NCBI GenBank assembly: GCA_903847415.1
Contig: CAINDR010000015.1
Span: forward strand, 33,872 to 97,871
Length of the DNA: 64,000 bases
Reading direction: 5' to 3'
Origin: Candidatus Falkowbacteria bacterium
Lineage (GTDB): Bacteria; Patescibacteriota; Patescibacteriia; Patescibacteriales; UBA12465
Of this stretch, positions 21,033 to 28,288 are shown in pieces. Numbering within the stretch: position 1 is the stretch's first letter; every line of letters starts with the position of its first letter. Both the position numbers and the translations under genes were made by a program. The notes below the pieces were generated by a model, which was given only the letters and a program-made list of their open reading frames with translations, made no database searches and was not told the DNA's origin.

Positions 21033-21788
21033 ATGAAAGGCAATATTTATAAAAAAAATTATTTAAGTAAGGTAATTCTTAGAATTGATTTTATTAAATC
21101 AATAGAGTTGTCAAAGCTAAGATCATACGCTGATAGTATTTCATCAATATTTCCTTTGTCTAAGCAGATTGACGGCGAGGAAGGATATTTTGATCTTAAT
21201 TTGCAAACAAAGCAACTTAATCAGCATACTAATAAAATAGTTTCTTGGGTTTTTACTGACAAAAATAGTACCAAAAATTTACAGATAAGTCCGAGTTATT
21301 TATTTATCGAATACTTAAAATATAAAAATTCAACAGACCTCATTAATGATGTTGAAAAAGTTGTTAATGTCTTTATAAATTCATTCGGCGTTAAGACGAT
21401 TAAAAGGATTGGTTTGAGATATTTAAATGAGATAGAGTTGCACAATGAAAAAGATTATTTAAAATGGGATAAGTATATAGCTAATGATTTGTTGGGTGCT
21501 ATTTCCTTTGCAAATAATAGTGAATTCTCTGTGTCGAGATCTATGGGACAGTTGGTATTTAAAGACGGATTTAATATTATTAATTTTAATTTCGGAGTAT
21601 GGAATGACGACTACCCCAATGAGGTTAATAGGAAGAGTTTTGTATTAGATTACGACTGTTATTCAAATATACCTGTTGATTTGTCGGATACGAGTATAGT
21701 GGACGTTGTCAAAGAGTATAATAGTAAAATTGAAAAGATCTTTGAGTTAAGTATCTCTGATAGTTTTAGGGGATTGCTTAATAAGTAA
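21033..21788 (+). CDS. Hypothetical protein (conserved-looking, unknown function)
   Basis: 251 aa. Contains IGLRYLNEIEL. No catalytic motif recognised. Confidence 0.3.
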   Translation: MKGNIYKKNYLSKVILRIDFIKSIELSKLRSYADSISSIFPLSKQIDGEEGYFDLNLQTKQLNQHTNKIVSWVFTDKNSTKNLQISPSYLFIEYLKYKNSTDLINDVEKVVNVFINSFGVKTIKRIGLRYLNEIELHNEKDYLKWDKYIANDLLGAISFANNSEFSVSRSMGQLVFKDGFNIINFNFGVWNDDYPNEVNRKSFVLDYDCYSNIPVDLSDTSIVDVVKEYNSKIEKIFELSISDSFRGLLNK

Positions 21789-21894
21789 CCGTATATGAAA
21801 GCAGAAAATAAACAAGCTAAATATTCAGAAGTAGTTATTAATAAAAACATACATCACGATTCAACATCGGGTAGGTTTATAGATAGGCAGGACG

Positions 21895-22527
21895 TTGATT
21901 ATAATGTTTTTAAGAATGTATATCCTGATAGAAAAACGAGTTTTGGACAAAATTATGCTAACAAGTCAAATTAAATATCGGTATAAAAAAATCAACAAAA
22001 AGAGACTTTGCCAAGGTGACATATTAAGGGGCGTGGAGTTTAAAATTGGTGATTCGAATTATGGAGGGAAGTCTGATACTGTTGGTTTAAAATATGCGGT
22101 GGTGATGAGTCAAGATTGTGATATAAATTCAGATTTTTTGAATAAAGAAAAGAAGAAAAGTAATCCAGATGCAGATGATGATAAATTTTTACCAACAATC
22201 TTAGTTTGCCCTGCATATATTTCCGGTGAATTTTATATCGGAAGTCACATAAATGGTTGGTCGATGAAACCTTTTAGTAAGAAGGAAATCGAGAAGCTAA
22301 TGAAAAATGATGAGTATAAGCGTTATCACTATTTGCATCAAAATAATGATCTTGGAATACCAGAGTTAATAATTGACTTTAAACATTTTTTTACATTACC
22401 AGTTGGACTTCTTTATAAGTACAAAAAAACTTCATATATTTCTACTATTAGTGAAGTTTTCAGAGAGGAGCTTTCTCAACGATTTGCTGGCTATCTGTCT
22501 AGATTTGGATTGCCGGATCTAAAATAA
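21895..22527 (+). CDS. Hypothetical protein
   Basis: Roughly 190-210 aa depending on start choice. No recognisable domain. Confidence 0.3.
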   Translation: MIIMFLRMYILIEKRVLDKIMLTSQIKYRYKKINKKRLCQGDILRGVEFKIGDSNYGGKSDTVGLKYAVVMSQDCDINSDFLNKEKKKSNPDADDDKFLPTILVCPAYISGEFYIGSHINGWSMKPFSKKEIEKLMKNDEYKRYHYLHQNNDLGIPELIIDFKHFFTLPVGLLYKYKKTSYISTISEVFREELSQRFAGYLSRFGLPDLK

Positions 22528-22590
22528 TAATTTATCATTTCTTCATAAAAACTTTAGAATTATTTTATCAAAAATTTATCTAAATTTTAA

Positions 22591-22622
22591 AAGCGACCAG
22601 TTATGATAACTGGTCGCTTTTG
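22591..22622 (+). terminator. Rho-independent terminator
   Basis: 12-bp perfect stem GCGACCAGTTAT / ATAACTGGTCGC followed by TTTT. Confidence 0.6.
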
Positions 22623-22659
22623 CTATGGAAAAAAGTAAATAATATGCTATATTAGTCGG

Positions 22660-22681
22660 TTAATGTCAAATCTGACATTAA
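22660..22681. promoter_or_regulatory. Perfect palindromic operator-like site TTAATGTCA-aatc-TGACATTAA
   Basis: 9-bp perfect inverted repeat with a 4-bp spacer. Lies about 200 bp upstream of the small ORF and integrase gene. Confidence 0.3.
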
Positions 22682-22866
22682 TTTGACTTATTTTGGGGAA
22701 GCGGTAACATCTCCCCGAGTCAATTTTATTAATCGAAAAGACGGCTAATAATCCGCCTTTTCTCGCCCCATAAAGGAAAGCACTCCAATATAGGGTTGAT
22801 TTAATTATAGCACGGGCAATATTAATAATACATTAGTATTGTTTTATTGCTTGGCTAATAGGTGTT

Positions 22867-23082
22867 ATGAATAAAGCGAATCACAAAGCGTTAGGCCGTT
22901 ATGCCTACGGAGGAAAGATTTTTCTCGGAGAATGCCATGATTGTGGCAAAGAACATTATTTAACTGTGGAACAGGTTCAGGAAGTGATGAACAATAGTTA
23001 CATCAAGCCTAGACCAGCTTTGCGACAAAAAATCAAAGGTCAGGTCGCAATTTTTGAGAAAGCATTTAGCCTATTTGCCTAA
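22867..23082 (+). CDS. Hypothetical small protein
   Basis: 71 aa. Possibly integrase-cotranscribed. Followed by a hairpin and T-run. Confidence 0.3.
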   Translation: MNKANHKALGRYAYGGKIFLGECHDCGKEHYLTVEQVQEVMNNSYIKPRPALRQKIKGQVAIFEKAFSLFA

Positions 23083-23108
23083 GTCCGAGTTCCGGACTTT
23101 TTAATTTT

Positions 23109-24017
23109 ATGAAAATACACGAGGCAGGGCTAAAGTTTTTTGAGTGGTGTGAGATTGAACAAAATCATTCAAAAAAGACAGTTACCAATTATGAGCATCA
23201 CTTTCGTCATTTTAATGAATGGACGGGGGAGATTGATGTAAGGCAAATAAACGAGGACTTGATTTTAAAGTATAAAAAACATCTGTTAGATACTGATCAT
23301 GCCTATCAGAAGAATCGTAAGATAAAATTATCTACGGTTAGTGAAAAATTAAAGATGATCAGAATGTTTTTGACTTGTATGGAGAAGAAAAGTATCAAGG
23401 CTATGCCACCTTCATTTGTGCCGAAGGGGGTACGTGCTAGTGATCGGATTATCTTTTTCAACCAAGATGAGTTTAAAAGGATGATTGATACTATCGATAC
23501 CAGTAATAACGAGGGCAAGCGGAATCGGGCATTACTCGAGATATTGTTTGCTACTGGCATGAGACTTGAGGAGATGATTAAATTGAATAGAGATATTGAT
23601 ATAAATGGTGGGGAGATAATCGTGCAGGGTAAGTTTGATAAGATTAGGACGGTTTACTTGAACGAGCGGGCTATTTTTTGGGTTAATGAATACCTGAAGA
23701 CTAGGCACGACAATTATCCGGCGCTATTCACCTTTACTCGTAAGCGTAATGAGTGGACAGAGCTGAATAATGGTCGAATTGGCAAGCGGTCAGCACAGGA
23801 GGTGGTTAAGAAGTATGTTAAGCTGGCAGGGCTAAGAAGCGACATTTCTACGCATAGTTTTAGGCATTCTTTTGCCACTCACATGCTAAAGAATGGAGCC
23901 GATCTTAGGGCGGTTCAGATGTTTTTAGGTCATAGTGACCTTAGGAGCACGCAGGTTTATACTCATTATGTTAATCCGGAGCTGAAGCAGATACATAACA
24001 GGCTGATGAATTTTTAG
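23109..24017 (+). CDS. Tyrosine-type site-specific recombinase / phage integrase
   Basis: C-terminal catalytic signature HSFRHSFATHMLKNGADLRAVQMFLGHSDLRSTQVYTH (R...HxxR...Y). Confidence 0.85.
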   Translation: MKIHEAGLKFFEWCEIEQNHSKKTVTNYEHHFRHFNEWTGEIDVRQINEDLILKYKKHLLDTDHAYQKNRKIKLSTVSEKLKMIRMFLTCMEKKSIKAMPPSFVPKGVRASDRIIFFNQDEFKRMIDTIDTSNNEGKRNRALLEILFATGMRLEEMIKLNRDIDINGGEIIVQGKFDKIRTVYLNERAIFWVNEYLKTRHDNYPALFTFTRKRNEWTELNNGRIGKRSAQEVVKKYVKLAGLRSDISTHSFRHSFATHMLKNGADLRAVQMFLGHSDLRSTQVYTHYVNPELKQIHNRLMNF

Positions 24018-24020
24018 CCA

Positions 24021-24059
24021 ATACCGGTGGGGGTAGGACTTGCCAACCCCCACCGGTAT
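24021..24059. repeat. Perfect 13-bp-stem palindrome (ATACCGGTGGGGG ... CCCCCACCGGTAT)
   Basis: Starts 3 nt after the integrase stop. 13-nt loop. No T-run follows, so it could be a recombination/attachment or binding site rather than a terminator. Confidence 0.5.
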
Positions 24060-24202
24060 GTTATAATAAGTCTATAAATTGAAAATCCGAGTCGAGATTA
24101 TAGCGGATTTTTAACTCTCAGGAACACTAGCTGAACATCCAGCATTTATTCGGAAGAGGATGAATTAGTATTATTGAAAATAATTTTATTTTTATAGCAA
24201 AA

Positions 24203-24231
24203 ACGAAGTACTAAGTGCTTCGTTTTTTTTT
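24203..24231 (+). terminator. Rho-independent terminator
   Basis: Hairpin ACGAAGTAC taag TGCTTCGT followed by T9. Coordinates approximate. Confidence 0.4.
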
Positions 24232-24386
24232 ATTTTAATTTACGTGGTGATCAATAATTATATTTTTGTTTTTTTACTTATCCACAGTTTTTTTTCTTCG
24301 CTGTCAATGGCTTATTATTCTTGCTTATATTCGTAAGTTTTTCCCTCTTTTCCTGTTTGGAAAATTCTGCTAAAATACTAATTGAG

Positions 24387-24432
24387 CACAACATTTAGTG
24401 GTAAGAGTAAAAAAACGCCACAAAATGTTGAA
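24387..24432. promoter_or_regulatory. Two candidate NrdR boxes upstream of nrdR-nrdD
   Basis: CACAACATTTAGTG (24387-24400) and CACAAAATGTTGAA (24419-24432) resemble the palindromic NrdR-box consensus (acaCwAtATaTwGtgt). Centre-to-centre spacing is about 32 bp, as for tandem NrdR boxes. Confidence 0.35.
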
Positions 24433-24446
24433 TTTATCAATATTTT

Positions 24447-24905
24447 ATGAAATGCCCAATTTGTTATTTTGATGACACAAAAGTTGTTGATTCGCGAGTG
24501 GCAACTGACGGTCTTTCAATCCGTCGTCGTCGTGAATGTTTGAAGTGTAATTTTCGTTTTTCAACATATGAAGAAGTGGAATTATTAGATTTAGCAATAG
24601 TGAAAAGGGACGGTCGTCGGGAGTCTTATAGTCGAGAAAAACTAATTAGTGGTTTAAAAAAATCTTTTGAGAAAAGACCGATCACTGAAGATAATTTTAA
24701 AAAACTAGTTCATTCAGTCGAAAGGGAATTGCAACGTCTCAAGAAAAGTGAAATCACTTCCCGTCAAATTGGTGCAATTGTGATGAAACAATTAAAAAAA
24801 GTAGATCAGGTCGCCTATATCCGTTATGCTTCAGTTTACGAATCTTTCAAGGATGCCCAAGAATTCAGGAAAGAGTTGAACAAATTAATCAAAGAAAAAA
24901 AATAA
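24447..24905 (+). CDS. nrdR: Transcriptional repressor NrdR
   Basis: N-terminal Zn-ribbon MKCPICYFDDTKVVDSRV...RRRRECLKCNFRF plus an ATP-cone. 152 aa. Confidence 0.9.
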   Translation: MKCPICYFDDTKVVDSRVATDGLSIRRRRECLKCNFRFSTYEEVELLDLAIVKRDGRRESYSREKLISGLKKSFEKRPITEDNFKKLVHSVERELQRLKKSEITSRQIGAIVMKQLKKVDQVAYIRYASVYESFKDAQEFRKELNKLIKEKK

Positions 24906-24921
24906 TTTAATTAAAATTCTT

Positions 24922-26994
24922 ATGTCTGAAGCGATTACCAAAATCAGGAAGAGATCTGGCGACATTGCCTCTTTCTCCGAAGAAAAAATTCTCAAGGCAA
25001 TTGCCAATGCTGCGAAGGCAGTTGGTGAATACAATGAAAATGAAGCCAAGGATTTGTTAGTGGAAGTGATTAATAAAATTAACAAAAAATTTCATCCAAA
25101 CAGCATTCCAGCTGTCGAGGAGATTCAGGATGTCGTTGAAGAAGCTTTGATTGATAATAAAAAAATAAAAATCGCCAAAGCCTATATTCTTTATCGCGAA
25201 CAACATCGACAAGTTCGTGACATTAGTCAGGCGACCGTCGAAGAAAAATTAATGGAAGACTATCTTGGTCGCTCAGATTGGCGCTTAAAGGAAAATAGCA
25301 ACATGAGTTTTTCGGTTCAAGGATTGAATAATTATTTGGCTTCTGCTATTTCTGCAAAATATTGGCTCAATAAACTTTACCCAGAAAATATTCGCCTTGC
25401 TCATGTGAATGGCGATATGCATATTCATGATCTTGGTTTACTTGCTCCTTATTGCTGCGGCTGGGATTTAAAAGATTTGTTGCTGCGTGGTTTTGGTGGT
25501 GTTAAGGAAAAAATTCAAAGTAAACCAGCAAAACATTTTCGTAGTGCTTTGGGTCAGATTGTTAATTTTTTCTACACCTTACAAGGCGAAGCAGCTGGGG
25601 CGCAGGCTTTTGCTAACTTCGATACTTACTTAGCTCCATTTATTCGTTATGATGGATTAAATTATCAAGAAGTCAAACAGGGTTTACAGGAGTTTATGTT
25701 TAATGTGAATGTACCAACTCGAGTTGGTTTTCAAACTCCGTTCACTAACGTTACTCTTGATGTCACTCCTTCCAAAATGATTGGTGAAGAAAATGTGGTA
25801 ATTGGTGGAAAAATAATGCCAGAAAAGTACAAAGATTTTCAAGTTGAAATGGATATGTTCAACCAAGCTTTCGCTGAAGTGATGATTGCTGGTGATTCCA
25901 CTGGTCGCGTGTTTGGCTTTCCAATTCCAACTTATACTGTTGATAAAGAATTTGACTGGGATCGAGAATGTTTGAAGCCAGTCTGGGAGATGACTTCAAA
26001 ATACGGTGTTCCTTATTTTTCAAATTTTGTAAATTCAGACATGAATCGGGATGATGCTCGTTCAATGTGTTGCCGTTTGCGACTCGACAATCGCGAACTT
26101 CGAAAGCGTGGCGGTGGATTGTTTGGCGCCAATCCCTTAACTGGATCTTTGGGGGTTGTGACTATTAATTTAGCTCGCTTAGGATATTTAGCAAAAGACA
26201 AGGAAGATTTCAAAAATCAATTAGTTCGTTTAATGGATATTGCGAAAGAGAGTTTAGCAATCAAAAGAAAGGTGATTGAAAAGTTTACTCTGGATGGCTT
26301 GTATCCATATTCAATGTTTTATCTCAAAGACATTCATGCTCGCTTTGGAACCTATTGGCAAAATCATTTCAACACCATCGGCATTAATGGTATGAACGAG
26401 GCCTCTCTGAATTTACTAGGAAAAGATATCGCAAGTGATGAAGGTCATCAATTCGCTGGGGAAGTTCTTGATTTTATGAGAGAAAAATTAATGGATTATC
26501 AGACCGAAACCAATGATCTCTTTAACCTAGAAGCTACACCAGGAGAAGGTTGCACTTATCGTTTTGCGAAGAAAGATTTAGAGCTTTACCCTGATATCAT
26601 TTTTGCTAATAACGATGCGGTAAAAAATGAAGGTTCCGATCCTTACTACACAAATTCATCGCATATTCCAGTTAGTCATACTGATGATATTTTTTCAGCT
26701 CTTGATCTGCAGGATGACTTGCAAATCAAATACACTGGCGGTACAGTTTTGCATGGATTTTTAGGAGAAAGAATTAAAGATTCAGAGACCACCAAAAAAT
26801 TAGTACAAAAAATTGTAAATAACTATCGTTTGCCATATTTTACCATCACCCCAACTTTTTCAATTTGTCCTAAACATGGTTATTTGGCTGGTGAACACAA
26901 ATTTTGCCCAAAATGTGATGAAGAAATTGGTTTTGTTGGCACTACTGATGACGAGAGGAATGATGCTGGCGCGAACAACCCAACTTGTTGCTAA
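24922..26994 (+). CDS. nrdD: Anaerobic ribonucleoside-triphosphate reductase (class III), large part without glycyl-radical motif
   Basis: N-terminal ATP-cone and the NrdD core. C-terminal Zn-ribbon CPKHG...CPKCDEE. ORF stops before any RVxGY glycyl-radical motif. Confidence 0.8.
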   Translation: MSEAITKIRKRSGDIASFSEEKILKAIANAAKAVGEYNENEAKDLLVEVINKINKKFHPNSIPAVEEIQDVVEEALIDNKKIKIAKAYILYREQHRQVRDISQATVEEKLMEDYLGRSDWRLKENSNMSFSVQGLNNYLASAISAKYWLNKLYPENIRLAHVNGDMHIHDLGLLAPYCCGWDLKDLLLRGFGGVKEKIQSKPAKHFRSALGQIVNFFYTLQGEAAGAQAFANFDTYLAPFIRYDGLNYQEVKQGLQEFMFNVNVPTRVGFQTPFTNVTLDVTPSKMIGEENVVIGGKIMPEKYKDFQVEMDMFNQAFAEVMIAGDSTGRVFGFPIPTYTVDKEFDWDRECLKPVWEMTSKYGVPYFSNFVNSDMNRDDARSMCCRLRLDNRELRKRGGGLFGANPLTGSLGVVTINLARLGYLAKDKEDFKNQLVRLMDIAKESLAIKRKVIEKFTLDGLYPYSMFYLKDIHARFGTYWQNHFNTIGINGMNEASLNLLGKDIASDEGHQFAGEVLDFMREKLMDYQTETNDLFNLEATPGEGCTYRFAKKDLELYPDIIFANNDAVKNEGSDPYYTNSSHIPVSHTDDIFSALDLQDDLQIKYTGGTVLHGFLGERIKDSETTKKLVQKIVNNYRLPYFTITPTFSICPKHGYLAGEHKFCPKCDEEIGFVGTTDDERNDAGANNPTCC

Positions 26995-27082
26995 TTAGAA
27001 AAATTTAAATTAAAATATAAGTATAGTCGACCATTAATTTGTCCCCATGCCAAAAGACAAAGAGTGGTGACCAAAAAAAATT

Positions 27083-27229
27083 ATGAGCCCAATTAAAACT
27101 GAGCGACAAGAATGTGTTGTATATAGTCGAGTAGTCGGCTGGCTAACTCCTGTGCAAAATTTCAACAAAGGAAAAGCTGCCGAGTTTAAGGATCGCAAGA
27201 CTTATCAAGTTGAAAATTCCTGTTGTTAA
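27083..27229 (+). CDS. Separate small ORF encoding the NrdD glycyl-radical C-terminal motif (ECVVYSRVVGWLTPVQNFNKGKAAEFKDRK)
   Basis: 48-aa ORF in a different frame, 88 nt downstream of the nrdD stop. Contains an RVxGW(Y)L glycyl-radical loop-like sequence. Has its own ATG and a weak SD. Confidence 0.5.
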   Translation: MSPIKTERQECVVYSRVVGWLTPVQNFNKGKAAEFKDRKTYQVENSCC

Positions 27230-27311
27230 AAAAAATAAAAAATGGCTTCTTCCGGAATTTTAAAATAGGCAATGTGGTCTTTCGGACTTTCCGGAAAGCC
27301 AATTGAAACCT

Positions 27312-28034
27312 ATGAAAATTGGAGGACTTGAAAAATTAAGCTTGATTGATTATCCTGGTAATTTGTCAGCAATTGTTTTTACCACTGCTTGTAATTTTCG
27401 TTGTCATTTTTGTTATAATCCCATGCTTGTCTGGCCCTTAGAAGAGTTAGGCGGGATAGAATATAAGAACAAAGGTTTTTCCCCAATTTTGGAGGAAGAC
27501 CTTTTTCTTTTTTTACGAAGTAGAGTCGGGAAGCTAGATGGTGTGGTGATTACTGGTGGAGAGCCCACGATGCATAGTGATTTGCCAAAATTTATTCAGA
27601 AAATCAGAGAGCTAGGTTTTAAAATTAAATTGGACACCAATGGGACAAATCCAAAAATGCTTCGCGAAATGATTAATGACAATTTAATCGATTATTTAGC
27701 GATGGATTTAAAGGCACCATTAGATAAATACCAATCAGTGGTGGGGGTTGCTGTTGATTGCCAGAAGTTGCTAGAAAGTGTTAAAATAGTGGTGACTAGC
27801 GGCCTACCACATGAATTTAGAACTACAGTTACCCCTGGTTTATTGGAACTTGATGATTTTTTTGAAATGGGTAAAATCATTCAAGGTGCTGATGCTTGGT
27901 ATTTACAAAAATTTAAGTCCGATACTGACCTTGTTGACCCAAAATTTCAAGGGAAAAAAGCTTTTAGTATTCAAGAAATGGAAAAAATGGCTCAAATTGG
28001 TAGTGAATTTGTTAAACTTTGTCAATTAAGATAA
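27312..28034 (+). CDS. nrdG: Anaerobic ribonucleotide reductase activating protein (radical SAM)
   Basis: LSLIDYPGNLSAIVFTTACNFRCHFCYNP matches the NrdG-family CxxxCxxC cluster. Track ORF starts at TTG 27303. Confidence 0.8.
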   Translation: MKIGGLEKLSLIDYPGNLSAIVFTTACNFRCHFCYNPMLVWPLEELGGIEYKNKGFSPILEEDLFLFLRSRVGKLDGVVITGGEPTMHSDLPKFIQKIRELGFKIKLDTNGTNPKMLREMINDNLIDYLAMDLKAPLDKYQSVVGVAVDCQKLLESVKIVVTSGLPHEFRTTVTPGLLELDDFFEMGKIIQGADAWYLQKFKSDTDLVDPKFQGKKAFSIQEMEKMAQIGSEFVKLCQLR

Positions 28035-28044
28035 ATCTACAAAT

Positions 28045-28284
28045 ATGTCAGAAGAAATGCCAAAAAATGATCAAGAGATAAAAGAATTATTAGAAAAAAA
28101 TCTTGCTTTAAGTCTAGAGATTGCTGAGAGCTTGAAGCATGTTCGCAGTTTTATAAAATGGCAAAATATCTGGGCGACAGCTCGGTTATTAATTGTTCTA
28201 GTTCCTTTAATTATTGGATTTTTGTATCTTCCGCCGTTGATCAAAGAATACCTTTCTAATTATCAACAGATTTTGAATCAATAA
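28045..28284 (+). CDS. Small membrane protein
   Basis: 79 aa, one TM segment (LLIVLVPLIIGFLYLPPLI). Confidence 0.3.
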   Translation: MSEEMPKNDQEIKELLEKNLALSLEIAESLKHVRSFIKWQNIWATARLLIVLVPLIIGFLYLPPLIKEYLSNYQQILNQ

Positions 28285-28288
28285 ATAT

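Noticed and set aside
22623-22860. Possible tRNA, tmRNA or RNase P RNA in the structured noncoding region upstream of the integrase.
   Set aside because: No cloverleaf could be drawn on either strand, and neither the tmRNA tag-reading frame nor RNase P conserved regions were recognisable. Only hairpins and a palindrome are present.
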